DNA of 64,000 bases from Acidobacteriota bacterium (GCA_019244185.1 JAFATB010000014.1:640001-704000), one strand, 5' to 3'. Positions 8,844 to 19,747 are shown, counted from the stretch's first letter. Numbers and translations are program-made. Notes: generated from the letters alone by a model not told the origin.

Positions 8844-9095
8844 TCAGTTCGTCAGTCCGCCGCGGTTCTCCGGCTTCTCGTCTCCATGCCGGTGCGGCGC
8901 CGGGTTCGGGTCGAGGTTCTCGATGCGCCCCGCGGCGCTGCCGCTCGTCGCGCCCGCGTTCGACAGCTCGCTCGATCCTTCCGCTCCCAGCGCCTCGGCC
9001 TGCACCGATTTGTCGGAGCCGCCCGAGACATCATCTTCGTGCGGCCGGTACTCGGTCACGGCACCATGCTTGCGGATCTCGTCGTCTTTGGACAT
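8844..9095 (-). CDS. Small hydrophilic, probably disordered hypothetical protein
   Basis: GGAGGA RBS before ATG (MSKDDEIRKHG...); 83 aa, G/S/E/D rich. Confidence 0.65.
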   Translation of the reverse strand: MSKDDEIRKHGAVTEYRPHEDDVSGGSDKSVQAEALGAEGSSELSNAGATSGSAAGRIENLDPNPAPHRHGDEKPENRGGLTN

Positions 9096-9114
9096 CGTGT
9101 CCTCCTGAACCGTG

Positions 9115-10563
9115 ATGAGCGACGCACGTGCCACTGCAACCTCGTATGACGCCGTCGTGGTCGGCTCCGGCCCCAACGGACTCGCCGCCGCGATCGTGCT
9201 CGCGCGCGCCGGACGCTCCGTGCTCGTCCTCGAAGAGAAAGAGACGATCGGCGGCGGCGCGCGCACGCAGGAAGTGACGATCCCCGGCTTCCACCACGAC
9301 ATCTGCTCCGCCATTCATCCGATGGCGCTCGTGTCGCCGTTCTTCCGCGACCTGCCGCTCGCCGACTACGGCCTCTCGTGGGCGTACTCGCCCGCGGCCA
9401 TCGCGCATCCGCTCGACGACGGCAGCGCTGCGACGCTGGAGCTCGATCTCGACGCCACCGCCGCGCGCCTCGGCGACGATGCCGCCGCATACCGCTCGCT
9501 GCTGCGGCCGTTCGCGAAACGCGCCGGCGCGATGTTCGACTCGATCCTCCGTCCGATCTCGCCGTTCACGCGGCATCCGCTGCTCCTCGCGCACTTTGGC
9601 CTGCTCGGCCTGCAGCCGGCGACGCGTCTCGCGAATCGCTTCCGCACGAATCACGCGCGCGCGCTTCTCGCCGGCTGCTCCGCGCATTCGTTTCTCCCGC
9701 TCGACCGCGTCGGCTCCGCGTCGTTCGGACTCGTGCTCATGCTCGCCGGTCACGCCATCGGCTGGCCCGCCGCGAAAGGCGGCTCGATCGCGATCATCAA
9801 CGCGCTCGCCGCGTATCTCCGCTCCCTCGGCGGCACCATTCGCACGGGACATCCGGTACGCTCGCTGCGCGACGTGCCCGACTCGCGCGCGGTGATCTTC
9901 GACGTCACGCCGCGGCAGCTGGCCGCGATCGCCGGCGACGCGCTCCCCGCGCGCTACGTGCGCCGGCTGCAGCACTTCCGCTACGGCCCCGGCGTCTTCA
10001 AGATCGACTTCGCGCTCGACGGTCCGATTCCGTGGAAGGCGGCCGAATGCTCGCGCAGCGCGACGGTGCACGTCGGCGGCACGCTCGAGGAGATCGCCGC
10101 GCACGAGCGCTCGGTGTTTCATGGACGCATGACCGACAAGCCGTTCGTGCTCGTTGCGCAGCAGAGCATGTTCGACGACACGCGCGCGCCGCGCGGCCAG
10201 CACACCGGTTGGGCGTACTGTCACGTGCCGCAGGGCTCGACCGATGACGCGAGCGAGGCGATCGTCGGGCAGATCGAGCGCTTCGCGCCCGGCTTCCGCG
10301 ACCGCATCCTGGCGCGCCGCACGATCAACACCGCGCAGTACGAGGCGTACAACGCGAACTTCGTCGGCGGAGACATCGCCGGCGGCGCGAACGTGATGCT
10401 GCAGTTCCTCACGCGTCCGTTCCCGCGCGTCGATCCGTACGCGACGCCGAACCGGCGCCTGTACATCGCCTCGAGCTCGACGCCGCCGGGCGGCGGCGTG
10501 CACGGCATGTGCGGCTACTGGGCGGCGCGCAGCGCGCTACGGCACGCGTTCGGACGCCACTGA
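9115..10563 (+). CDS. FAD-dependent oxidoreductase, phytoene dehydrogenase-like
   Basis: VVVGSGPNGLAAA Rossmann motif, HDICSA, C-terminal STPPGGGVHGMCG. Confidence 0.92.
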   Translation: MSDARATATSYDAVVVGSGPNGLAAAIVLARAGRSVLVLEEKETIGGGARTQEVTIPGFHHDICSAIHPMALVSPFFRDLPLADYGLSWAYSPAAIAHPLDDGSAATLELDLDATAARLGDDAAAYRSLLRPFAKRAGAMFDSILRPISPFTRHPLLLAHFGLLGLQPATRLANRFRTNHARALLAGCSAHSFLPLDRVGSASFGLVLMLAGHAIGWPAAKGGSIAIINALAAYLRSLGGTIRTGHPVRSLRDVPDSRAVIFDVTPRQLAAIAGDALPARYVRRLQHFRYGPGVFKIDFALDGPIPWKAAECSRSATVHVGGTLEEIAAHERSVFHGRMTDKPFVLVAQQSMFDDTRAPRGQHTGWAYCHVPQGSTDDASEAIVGQIERFAPGFRDRILARRTINTAQYEAYNANFVGGDIAGGANVMLQFLTRPFPRVDPYATPNRRLYIASSSTPPGGGVHGMCGYWAARSALRHAFGRH

Positions 10564-12024
10564 CTCGTGCGCATCCTTGCGTTTGCGCGCGTCGATGAGC
10601 GCGCGCACGCGCCGCTCGACGTTCTCCGCGTCCTCGCCGCGCAGCATCTCCTTCTCCTGCTGCACGCCGCTCGACGTGCCGCCGCTCGCGTCGATGACGC
10701 GCTGCACGACCGCGCGCCAGTTCGCCGACTGCGCCGCCGCCCCGATCGTGCGGATGGCGATCCAGTCGACGACGTTCGACGCGCGCGCCCAGACATCGAT
10801 GCTGAACTCGATCGCGCCGGCGTGATCGCGGCTCGTGAACTCCACGATGCCGGCGAGCGGATGGCCTTCGATCGTGGCGAAGACGACGTGCGTCGGCTCC
10901 GCGACCTCGACGCGCACCTGGAAGTTGCCGCGCAACGGCAGCGCGCCGGTTAGCGTCTGCCCGTGCTCGACGCGCTCGGGCACGTCCGGCTCCGCCGCGA
11001 ACTCGACCGGCATGAAGTCGTTGACGCGGTCGCGGAAGAGCGTCATCAGCGTCGCCGCGGTATGGCGCGAGTTGCGGATCTCGGCGTGGAAGCGCTTGTG
11101 CTCGAGCGCGCCGAAGCCTTCGTCCGGCGTGACTTCCGGCAGCGAATCGGCGAGGAGGCGCAGGCCGTGATCGAGCGGCGTCGTGTCGAGCTCGAGAAGC
11201 GCGACGGCGTTGCGGCCGCGCGAGACGTTCTTCTCCTCGAGCATCTTCAGCTCGGACTCGTTCACCGGCAGGTCGACGGCCATCGATGCGAAACGCGTCG
11301 TCAGCTGCGCGAGCGCCATCGGCACCGGTATGCGCAGCGGCTTGCGGTCCGTGATCGCGCCGAAGCGGCGCAGGAGATCGTTCATCGTCGTGATCTCGGG
11401 ACCGGTCGCGTCGAGGATCTGTCCCGCGAGGTCGTCGTGTTCGAGAATCGTGGCGAGGATTTTCGCGAGGTCCTGGTGCCAGATCGGCTGGAACTCCTGC
11501 TCGCCGTCGTCGATGATCGGCACCGCGGGGAGCGCGCGCACCATCTTCAGCAGCAGCGAGATCACCTCGTCGCCGGGGCCGTACACGTTGCCCGGCCGCA
11601 CGATGGTCCAGCGCAGCTCCGAACGTTCGACCAGCCCTTCCGCGGCGTGCTTCGACTTGTGGTAGTCGGAGGTGCCGAAGTCGGCGCCGAGGGAGGAGAC
11701 ATGCACGAATCGCCGCGCGCCGGCGCGTTGGGCGGCGTCGAGCATGTTGCGCGTCCCGCCGACGTTCACCTTCTCGAACGTGCGCTCGGGCGGATCCTCA
11801 TCGACGATGCCCGCGATGTGCAGCACCGCGTTGCAGCCGTTGGCCGCGCCTTCCAGCGAGGCCGCATCCGAGACGTCGCCCGGAAACGGCTCGACGCCTT
11901 CCCATTGCCGCGCGTCATCGTCCGCGTGACGCGAGAGCAGACGAACGCTGTGGCCACGCGCGAGCAGCTCCGTGATCGCGCTCGCGCCGATCACTCCGGT
12001 ACCGCCGGTCACCAGGATCTTCAT
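10537..12024 (-). CDS. NAD-dependent epimerase/dehydratase (atypical SDR) fused to a C-terminal SRPBCC/DUF1990-like domain
   Basis: MKILVTGGTGVIG, YHKSK, RPGNVYGPG; C-terminal FATIEGHPLAG. Confidence 0.85.
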   Translation of the reverse strand: MKILVTGGTGVIGASAITELLARGHSVRLLSRHADDDARQWEGVEPFPGDVSDAASLEGAANGCNAVLHIAGIVDEDPPERTFEKVNVGGTRNMLDAAQRAGARRFVHVSSLGADFGTSDYHKSKHAAEGLVERSELRWTIVRPGNVYGPGDEVISLLLKMVRALPAVPIIDDGEQEFQPIWHQDLAKILATILEHDDLAGQILDATGPEITTMNDLLRRFGAITDRKPLRIPVPMALAQLTTRFASMAVDLPVNESELKMLEEKNVSRGRNAVALLELDTTPLDHGLRLLADSLPEVTPDEGFGALEHKRFHAEIRNSRHTAATLMTLFRDRVNDFMPVEFAAEPDVPERVEHGQTLTGALPLRGNFQVRVEVAEPTHVVFATIEGHPLAGIVEFTSRDHAGAIEFSIDVWARASNVVDWIAIRTIGAAAQSANWRAVVQRVIDASGGTSSGVQQEKEMLRGEDAENVERRVRALIDARKRKDAHESVASERVP

Positions 12025-12149
12025 GCGCGCCCATCGAGCATGCGCGGTGCCATTCAGCGTGGCAAACCGAGCCTGTAGTACATCCCGCACAAGACGAGCT
12101 CGCGGAACTTTCGGCCGCGTGCGGCGTTCGTGGAACAGTGGGTCCGCAA

Positions 12150-13400
12150 ATGCTGATCAGAACGGCGAACGTCGCTGCCACGCTTTTCGTCGCCGCCGTG
12201 GCCGCGGCTTCGCCGCTTCTCGAACGCGCCGACGCGAAGTTCCGCGACGGCGACCTCGACGCCGCGCAGAAACTCTACGCGGCGAGCTCTCCCGCTACCA
12301 CTGCCGCCGCGGCCACGGGCCTCGGCAACATCGCGTTTCTGCGCGGAGATCTCGACGAAGCCGTCCGCTGGCTGAAGTCCGCGAACCGCCTCGCGCCCGA
12401 CGACAAGCGCGCCGCGAAACTGCTGGCGCAGGCGTTCTATCGTCGCAACGACTTCGCCCACGCCGCACCGTTGTACCGCGCCATCGGCCTCGATGCGATG
12501 GCGAAGAAACTGGAGAGCTTCCACGGCCCCGCGCCGTATCGCATCAGCGGCGCCGCGGACGTCGTGCATCTGTCGTGGCTGCAGTCGGATCCGCTGCCGG
12601 TCATCCGTGCGCGCGTGAACGGCAAGGTCGACGTCAACCTCCTCATCGACACCGGCGGCGCGGAGCTCCTCCTCGATCCCACGATCGGAGCGAGCGCCGG
12701 CGCGACGACGTTCGGCGAGAACAAAGGCACCTTCGCCGGCGGAAAGCAGTCATCCGTGCAGCAAGCCCGCGTCGACTCCGTCGCGCTCGGCGGCTTCACG
12801 ATCCATAACGTTCCGCTGCAACTCCTCGACACGCGCCGGTTCGCCGCGGCCGCCGGGGGCAATCTCCGCATCGACGGCGTCCTCGGCACGGTCCTGCTCG
12901 CGCAGTTCATCCCGACGCTCGACTATCGCCGCGGCGAGCTCGTGCTCCGCCGGCGTACGCGCGCGCAGCGGCACGCGACGGATCGCGCGGCAAGCGTGGG
13001 AACGACGCTGCCGATTCTCTTCGCCGGCGATCATCTGATTCTCACGCGCGGCTCCGCCGGCGCGGCGCGGCCGATGCTCTTCCTCGTCGACACCGGCCTC
13101 GCCGGCGGCGGCTTTCTCGCGCCTGATTCGACCCTGAAAGAAGCAGGACTCGTTCCGGACGGAGCGCAGGTCGAAGGCGTCGGCGGTGGCGGCAAGCTCA
13201 CCGTAACCCCGTTCACCGTGCCGGACGTCAGCCTCGGATCGATTCACGTGAAGAACGTGGCCGCATTCGCCGGCGCGTTTCCGCCGTCGCTGGAGACGAG
13301 CGAGACCATCCGCATCGGCGGCCTCGTGTCGCACGACTTCTTCAGGAACTTCGCGGTGACGTTCGACTTCGACCGCATGCGGATGATCGTCGAACGCTGA
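12150..13400 (+). CDS. Secreted TPR + tandem retropepsin-like aspartyl protease
   Basis: Signal peptide, TPR-like helices, two DTG motifs (LLIDTGG, FLVDTGL) with DGVLG and GGLVS partner motifs. Confidence 0.88.
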   Translation: MLIRTANVAATLFVAAVAAASPLLERADAKFRDGDLDAAQKLYAASSPATTAAAATGLGNIAFLRGDLDEAVRWLKSANRLAPDDKRAAKLLAQAFYRRNDFAHAAPLYRAIGLDAMAKKLESFHGPAPYRISGAADVVHLSWLQSDPLPVIRARVNGKVDVNLLIDTGGAELLLDPTIGASAGATTFGENKGTFAGGKQSSVQQARVDSVALGGFTIHNVPLQLLDTRRFAAAAGGNLRIDGVLGTVLLAQFIPTLDYRRGELVLRRRTRAQRHATDRAASVGTTLPILFAGDHLILTRGSAGAARPMLFLVDTGLAGGGFLAPDSTLKEAGLVPDGAQVEGVGGGGKLTVTPFTVPDVSLGSIHVKNVAAFAGAFPPSLETSETIRIGGLVSHDFFRNFAVTFDFDRMRMIVER

Positions 13401-13404
13401 TCGT

Positions 13405-14709
13405 TCAGTGCGGCAGCCCGAAGAGGTAGTACAGCGCGCAGAGCAGCGCGAGGACGATGCTGCCCGCATGCAGCTCGCGCGCGCGTCTGCCGAGGAGCTT
13501 CACGAGCGGATAGAGCATCAGCCCGGCGGTCAGGCCGTTGGCGATGTTGTAGGTGAACACCATCATCACGATCGTCGCGAACGCGGGCACGAGCTCGGTG
13601 AGATCGTCGAAGTCGATGTGCGCGACCGCGCCGAGCATGAGCATGCCGACGATGAGCAGCGCCGGCGCGTACGCGTAGCGCAACGACTGCATCGGCTCGA
13701 AGAGCGGAATGAAGAAGAGCGACAGCGCGAAGAGCGCGGCGGTGACGACGGACGCGAGTCCGGTGCGCGCGCCTTCGCGGATGCCGGTCGACGACTCGAT
13801 GTACGCGCCGCTGGTCGACGTACCGACCAGGCCGCTGAAGACGCACGTCAGCGCGTCGACGAGCATCGGCTTCTCGATGTCGGGCAGATCACCGCGCTCG
13901 TCGAGGAGGTTCGCCGCCGCGCCGAGGCCGACGAGCGTGCCGAGTGTGTCGAGCAGCGACATGAGGAACAGCGTCAGCAGAATCGGCAGAAAGCTGATGC
14001 GCAGCACCGAGTTCAGATCGAGCTGGAAGGCGAGCGAGGAGAGATCGTACGCGCCGGTGAACGGCAGCGCCGCGACGTGCGACGGCGCGTGTCCTTCGCC
14101 GAGAAGTACGCCCGCGACCGCGGTGACGGCGATGCCGATGAGGATCGCGCCGGGCACGCGGCGATGCGTCAGCACGGCGATGACGAGAAAGCCGAAAATC
14201 GCGAGGAGCACCGGCGCGCTGCGCACGTCGCCGAGCTGCACCGGCACCGCCTGCGCGGACTTTACGATGCCGCTCTCGTACAGGCCGATGAACGTGAGAA
14301 AGAGTCCGATGCCGGCGGCGAAGCTGTGCTTCATCGACGGCGAGATCGCGCGCGCGAGCCACGTGCGCACGCCGAAGAGCGTGATCGCGAGGAACACCAA
14401 TCCGCTGAGAAACACCGCGCCGAGGCGCTGCTGCCACGTGATGCCGAACGCGGCGAGGCCAAAGGCGATGAACGCGTTCTCGCCCATGTACGGCGCGACC
14501 GCGATGGGACGGTTCGCGTAGAGCCCCATCAGCAGCGTGCCGAAGACGGCGGTGAGGATCGTGGCGACGGTGGACGGGCCGGGCGGAATGCCGGCGAAGG
14601 CGAGGATCGCCGGATTCACGACGATGATGTACGCCATCGAGACGAACGTCGTGATGCCGCCGAGGACTTCTACGCGAACGGTGGTGCCACGCGCGCGGAG
14701 ATCGAACAC
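13405..14709 (-). CDS. NCS2/AzgA family purine (guanine/hypoxanthine) permease
   Basis: GITTFVSMAYIIVVNP, APYMGENAF, DTLGTL, YIESSTG, GARTGL. Confidence 0.93.
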   Translation of the reverse strand: MFDLRARGTTVRVEVLGGITTFVSMAYIIVVNPAILAFAGIPPGPSTVATILTAVFGTLLMGLYANRPIAVAPYMGENAFIAFGLAAFGITWQQRLGAVFLSGLVFLAITLFGVRTWLARAISPSMKHSFAAGIGLFLTFIGLYESGIVKSAQAVPVQLGDVRSAPVLLAIFGFLVIAVLTHRRVPGAILIGIAVTAVAGVLLGEGHAPSHVAALPFTGAYDLSSLAFQLDLNSVLRISFLPILLTLFLMSLLDTLGTLVGLGAAANLLDERGDLPDIEKPMLVDALTCVFSGLVGTSTSGAYIESSTGIREGARTGLASVVTAALFALSLFFIPLFEPMQSLRYAYAPALLIVGMLMLGAVAHIDFDDLTELVPAFATIVMMVFTYNIANGLTAGLMLYPLVKLLGRRARELHAGSIVLALLCALYYLFGLPH

Positions 14710-14794
14710 GCGCGCATTGTAGTTGCGGTGAGGAACGCGGACGAGGGATGCGGCCTGGCCGTCATCCCTCGCTCGCGCGTGTGAGCCCGGTGCG

Positions 14795-15106
14795 TCAGCC
14801 TACAGTGAGGCCGCTCGCGTCGACGCTCCTCACGCCGTCCACGCCGCGCACTTTGGCGATGATGGCGTCACGGTCCGACGCGCTGTCGACGTGACCCGAC
14901 AGAGCGACCACGCCGCCGTCGTGCACGTTCACTTCGATGGCGAACGTCTTGTTCGGAACGGCGGTGGCGATGGCGCCGCGGACGTCCGCTTCCATGGCGG
15001 TCTTGTCGACTTGCTTCGGCAGGACCTTGTTGGTCGCGCAGGCGGCGGCGGTCAGAAGAGCGATGAGGGTCAGAGCGATGAGGATCCCGGTGCGATTGCG
15101 ATTCAT
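14795..15106 (-). CDS. BON-domain lipoprotein
   Basis: Lipobox TAAAC; IEVNVHDGGVVALSGHV...VDGVRSV. Confidence 0.85.
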   Translation of the reverse strand: MNRNRTGILIALTLIALLTAAACATNKVLPKQVDKTAMEADVRGAIATAVPNKTFAIEVNVHDGGVVALSGHVDSASDRDAIIAKVRGVDGVRSVDASGLTVG

Positions 15107-15226
15107 GTGATGCGAAAACCTCCTTCGGCCCAGTCGGGTAGCAACGGCTGTTCCCGCCGCGGCAAGAGGCACGTGCATTGCTCTTAATAACTGCGCATTC
15201 GCTGCGCCATCTCTGAAGGAGGCAAC

Positions 15227-16450
15227 ATGCGCAAGACTCTCGATCCACGAAACTTATCCGAGCGGCCGCTAGCGCGCGCGCTGGCCGCGCTTTCGCTCTC
15301 GGCCTCGCTCGCCGCATTCGGCTGTTCCACCAACCACATGCCCGGCAACGGGCAGCCTGCCGGCCTCGAGCCGACGGTCGGCACGACCGCTCCGGGCGTG
15401 AGCGGCACTTCGTCCGGTACGTCCACGCCGCCGCCGATGGTGTCGTCGTCGACGTACGACGCGTCGATGCTGAACGCTGCCACGGTCAACACCGTTAACT
15501 CCGGCGCGAGCGCCACCAGCATTCACCGCCGTACGGCCGACGAAGCCGCGGCGATCATGGCCGGAGTCGCTCCGCTCCGCGGCCGCGTCCTCGGTCCCGT
15601 GTCGCCGGCGACGAATCGTCCGGCGCAGTCGGCTCCGGCGATCGTGACCGGGCAGTTCATCAATCCCGCGCTCCGCACGAATCCCGAAGTGACCGTGAAC
15701 TCCTCGATCAGCTCGCCCGCCACGCCCGCGATCACGAGCGGCGCGGGTGACGGACTCGATGCGGACGCCGTGTTCGCCGAGGCCGTGGTCGCCGGCGCGT
15801 CGACGACCGCGGCCGCGACCGTCGGCACCGCGGCCGGCACCACCGCTGGCACGGCGGCGACCAACACCGCCGCCGCGACGATCGTCCCGACGACGACCGC
15901 GACCGGCGGCAACATCGCCGCGTCCGGACTCGGCGGCCTGCTGACGTCGAACGCCGCGGCGGTGCGCAGCGGCATCGGCACGGGTGTGCCGACCGGCGCG
16001 CTCGTCACCTCGAACGCCGCGCGCGTCACCGGCGACGTCGGCCCCGGCATCGCCACCAGCGCCATGACCGGCACCACCGGCCTGACGCTCGGCGACGTCG
16101 CGCCGGCCACGACCATCGGCACGACCACGACTCCTGCAACGACGACCACCACCGGCACGAGGACGGCGGCCGATACTGCATCGACCACCGGCACGACCGT
16201 GACGGCGACCACCGGCAGCGTGAGCGGCAACACCGCGGCGCGCGGCACGCGTGCGCTCGCCCGCGCGACGAGCCGCGGCACGACGGCGTCGACCACTTCG
16301 TCCGCCACGACGACCACGTCCGGACGGACGACGACCGCGTCGGGTCGCAGCGCGACGACCACGTCCGCCAGCCCGGTGCGCGTCACGCGCTCCGTCAACG
16401 GCACCGTGACCGTCACGAACGTCGGCAGCAGCGGCAGTTCACAGCGTTAA
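15227..16450 (+). CDS. Thr/Ala/Gly/Ser-rich low-complexity lipoprotein
   Basis: AAGGAGG RBS, lipobox LAAFGC, long mucin-like T/A-rich body. Confidence 0.75.
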   Translation: MRKTLDPRNLSERPLARALAALSLSASLAAFGCSTNHMPGNGQPAGLEPTVGTTAPGVSGTSSGTSTPPPMVSSSTYDASMLNAATVNTVNSGASATSIHRRTADEAAAIMAGVAPLRGRVLGPVSPATNRPAQSAPAIVTGQFINPALRTNPEVTVNSSISSPATPAITSGAGDGLDADAVFAEAVVAGASTTAAATVGTAAGTTAGTAATNTAAATIVPTTTATGGNIAASGLGGLLTSNAAAVRSGIGTGVPTGALVTSNAARVTGDVGPGIATSAMTGTTGLTLGDVAPATTIGTTTTPATTTTTGTRTAADTASTTGTTVTATTGSVSGNTAARGTRALARATSRGTTASTTSSATTTTSGRTTTASGRSATTTSASPVRVTRSVNGTVTVTNVGSSGSSQR

Positions 16451-16522
16451 CGATTTCACACGCGATGCGGCGGCGTGGGATCCCGCACCGCCGCATCGAC
16501 GCCACGCCTGGAGCGACGACAG

Positions 16523-17293
16523 ATGGCAGAGATCCGCATCGGCACGTCCGGCTATCACTACAAACACTGGGTCGGCCGCTATTACCCGGCCGGCATCAAG
16601 TCCGCGGACATGCTCGCGCACTACCTGCGCGACTTCGACACGGTGGAGCTCAACAACACGTTCTATCAACTGCCGAACGAGTCGTCATTCGAGACGTGGC
16701 GCAAGTCCACGCCCTCCGATTTTCTCTTCGCCGTCAAAGGCAGCCGCTTCATCTCGCACATGATCAAGCTGAAGGATCCGGAGCGTGGGCTCGTGAACTT
16801 TCTGCCGCGCGCCGAGCGTCTCCGCGGCAAGCTCGGACCGATCCTCTGGCAACTGCCGCCGGGCTGGAAGGTCAACCTCGAGCGGCTCGAGACGTTCCTC
16901 GAGCTGCTGCCGCGCGAGCATCGCTACACGTTCGAGCTGCGCAATCCGACGTGGATGACGGACGAGGTGTACGAGATCCTGCGCAAGTACAACGCGGCGT
17001 TCTGCATCTACGAGCTCGCCGGATACCAGTCGCCGATCGAAGTCACCGCCGACTGGACGTACATCCGCCTGCACGGCCCGACCGCCTTCAAGTATCAGGG
17101 GAGCTACACCGACGAGCAGCTCGCCGCGTGGGCCGACCGCATCCGCGCGTGGAGTCGCCGCATGAAGGCGATCTACGTCTACTTCGACAACGACGACTCC
17201 GCGTACGCGGTCGACAACGCGCTCACTCTGAAGCGGATGTTGAAGCGCCTGTTGAAGGGGCAGTCGAGCCGGACTTCGACGCGGGCCGCGTAG
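16523..17293 (+). CDS. DUF72 (YecE-like) protein
   Basis: IRIGTSG, VELNNTFY, FAVKGSRFISH, YIRLHG, YFDND. Confidence 0.92.
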   Translation: MAEIRIGTSGYHYKHWVGRYYPAGIKSADMLAHYLRDFDTVELNNTFYQLPNESSFETWRKSTPSDFLFAVKGSRFISHMIKLKDPERGLVNFLPRAERLRGKLGPILWQLPPGWKVNLERLETFLELLPREHRYTFELRNPTWMTDEVYEILRKYNAAFCIYELAGYQSPIEVTADWTYIRLHGPTAFKYQGSYTDEQLAAWADRIRAWSRRMKAIYVYFDNDDSAYAVDNALTLKRMLKRLLKGQSSRTSTRAA

Positions 17294-19051
17294 CCTCGAA
17301 CCGATGCGTCTCGCGCATCACGTGCGCCTCGAGCACCGGCAGCGGCATCGAGCCCCGCGCGAGCACCCATTCGTGAAACTGGCGGATGTCGAAGTTCGTG
17401 CCGAGCTCGCGCTCGACGCGCCGCCGCAACTCGATCATGCGCAGGCTGCCGATCTTGTACGCGAGCGCCTGCGCCGGGATGTCGACCGAGTAGCGCAGCG
17501 TCTCGGTTTGGATCTCCGTCTCGGACATCAGCGTGTTCTCGCGCAGGAACTCGATCGCGCGCTCGCGCGACCAGCCGAGGGCTTCATGCCGGTGTCGACG
17601 ACGAGGCGCGACGAGAGCATCGCATCCATCATCAGGCGGCCGTAGTGATCGTACGGATCGGAGTAGAGCCCGAGCTCATTGCCGAGCCACGCCGAGTACT
17701 CGCCCCAGCCTTCGACGAAGACGGTGTGGAACGAGCGGCGGCGGAACAGCGGAATGGTCTCGTCCTCGAGCTGCCGCGCGATCTGGAAGTGATGCCCCGG
17801 AATGAGCTCGTGCAGCATGAGCGCGCCCGCGAAGAGCAGCGAGCGCTCGTTCGGCTTCGAGCCGTTGAAGTAGTAGTGGCCGGTGGTTTGATGCGCCTTC
17901 GGCGCGTCGTAGTAACCGAACGTCATGCCGCCTTCGAGCGCGGGATCGAGACGCTGCACGTCGTACGGCGCGCGCGGCAGCCGCGCGAAGTACTTCGGAA
18001 TCTGCGGCTCGATCCGTCGCACGTAGGACGTCAGCCGCGCGCCGATCTCTTCGGCGGACGTCGCGAAGAAGCGCGGATCGGTGCGGAGGAACTGGTGGAA
18101 CTGCGCCTTCGTTCCCGTGAAGCCGAGCTGCGTGCGGACGTCCGCCATCTCACGGTTGATGCGCTCGACTTCGCGCAGGCCGAGCTCGTGGATCTCGCGC
18201 GGGTCGAGATCGAGCGTGGTCGACTCGCGCACGAGCTCGCGATACGCGGCCGCGCCGCCGGGATACTGCGCCAGCCCGACGCCCGCCGGCGCGGCGGTCT
18301 CGTACGCGGGCGAGAAGATCTCGAGGATGCGCGACAGCGCCGGATTGACGCGCGTGGCGATCGCCTCGCGCACCTGCGCGGTGAACGCGGCGTCGCCTTC
18401 GCGCGCGAACATGCTCTCTTCCGGCGGGCGGCGCAGTCCGGCGATCATCGCGCGCACGAGCGGCAGCTCCGGCTTCGGCAGCAGAATCCCGCGGCGCTGC
18501 TGCTCGCGCGTGATCTCCGCGATGCCGTCCAGGAACGTTCCGTACTCGCCGACGAGCCGCACGTATCGCGCGCGCTCGTCCGCGGTCGCGAGCGGCATCG
18601 ACACGATCGCGAGGCCGATGCCGCGGATCGGCGACGCGTACGGCGTCACCCACCAGTGGAGATAGAAGTGCGGCAGGCCGTCGATGGTCTGTTGCTGCAG
18701 GTTTTTCAGCACCGCCAGCGTGATGCGGTCGTCTTCGGCGAGCGCGTTCTCATCGATCCCGTCGAGCTGTGCGAGGAGCGACTGCGCGAACGTCGCCTCG
18801 GTCTCCTCGTGCGCGTACGAGAAGTCGGGCAGATGCTCGATCGGCAGCCCGAGTTCCGCGCGGGCGTTCACGTCCTGCTCGAGGCGATGCTGCCAGTACG
18901 CATCGACGAGCCGCGCCAGCGTGCTTGCGGCGTTGGGTGCCGGCGTGGCGGTCGGTGTCGCCGCGACCGCGGCCGGCGCCGGTGCGGGCGGCGGCGTCGT
19001 GGCGCAGGCGGCGAGCGAGAGGACGACAAACGCGAGCGTCAGGCGGCGCAT
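17223..19051 (-). pseudogene. DUF885 family lipoprotein with a 1-nt frameshift near 17583
   Basis: Lipobox LAAC, HELIPGHH, EGWGEY, RLVVDTG. The continuation (LGWSRERAIEF...PAQALAYKIG) is in another frame. Could be an assembly error. Confidence 0.8.
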
Positions 19052-19086
19052 GCGCCGGATGATCGCACACGCGCCGCTGCTGGCCG

Positions 19087-19734
19087 CTACGCGACGGGCA
19101 GACTTTCGATGAGCGCGCCGGCGAGCGCGTCCGCGATCTCCGCGCGCGTCTTTCCGTGCGCGGGACCGACGTTCAGCAGCGCGTCTACGGCGGGGATGTC
19201 GATGAACTCCAGCTCGACGAGGCACGCGCGCACGTTCGGACCGAGGTCGTGATCGCGCAGCACGCCGAGCTGCTGTTCCTTCACGCCGCGATTCTTCGTC
19301 GCGGGATCGGCCTTCTTGATGGTCATGAAGACCGCGTTCTGGATCGTCGTTGCGAACGCGGCGTCGTCGGCGTGATTTGGATTGTCCGCCGCGGTCGGAC
19401 GCACGAGCGTCTCCACGCCGCGCGCGTTGTGGCCGTCGCTCGCGTTGCAGTGGATGCTCAGGAACAGATTCGCGCCGTGCGCCTGTGCGACCTGCGCGCG
19501 CTGCGCGAGGCCGAGGTTCACGTCGGACTCGCGCGTCAGCACGATGCGCACGTCGTGGCCTTCGGCCTGGGCGCGGCGCTGGACCGCGTCGCGCGTGAGA
19601 AACGCCATCTGCAGCGTGATGTTCTTCTCCAGCACGCCGCTGGGACTGGTGGCGTTGTTCGGCGACGAGCCGCCGACTTTCACGGTGCCGCCGTGGCCGG
19701 GATCGAGAACGATGGTTCCGCGTCGTTGGGTCAT
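19087..19734 (-). CDS. N-acetylmuramoyl-L-alanine amidase (Amidase_3), no signal peptide
   Basis: VLDPGHGG, EKNIT, FLSIHCNA, LVELEFI zinc/catalytic residues. Confidence 0.92.
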   Translation of the reverse strand: MTQRRGTIVLDPGHGGTVKVGGSSPNNATSPSGVLEKNITLQMAFLTRDAVQRRAQAEGHDVRIVLTRESDVNLGLAQRAQVAQAHGANLFLSIHCNASDGHNARGVETLVRPTAADNPNHADDAAFATTIQNAVFMTIKKADPATKNRGVKEQQLGVLRDHDLGPNVRACLVELEFIDIPAVDALLNVGPAHGKTRAEIADALAGALIESLPVA

Positions 19735-19747
19735 GGCTCAGCTCTCC

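Noticed and set aside
9115-10563. Carotenoid biosynthesis cluster
   Set aside because: Only a generic phytoene-dehydrogenase-like oxidoreductase; no crtB, crtE or crtY nearby.
14710-14794. Purine riboswitch upstream of the NCS2 permease
   Set aside because: No purine aptamer consensus seen, and a TACAAT box 6 nt before the start leaves no room for a leader.
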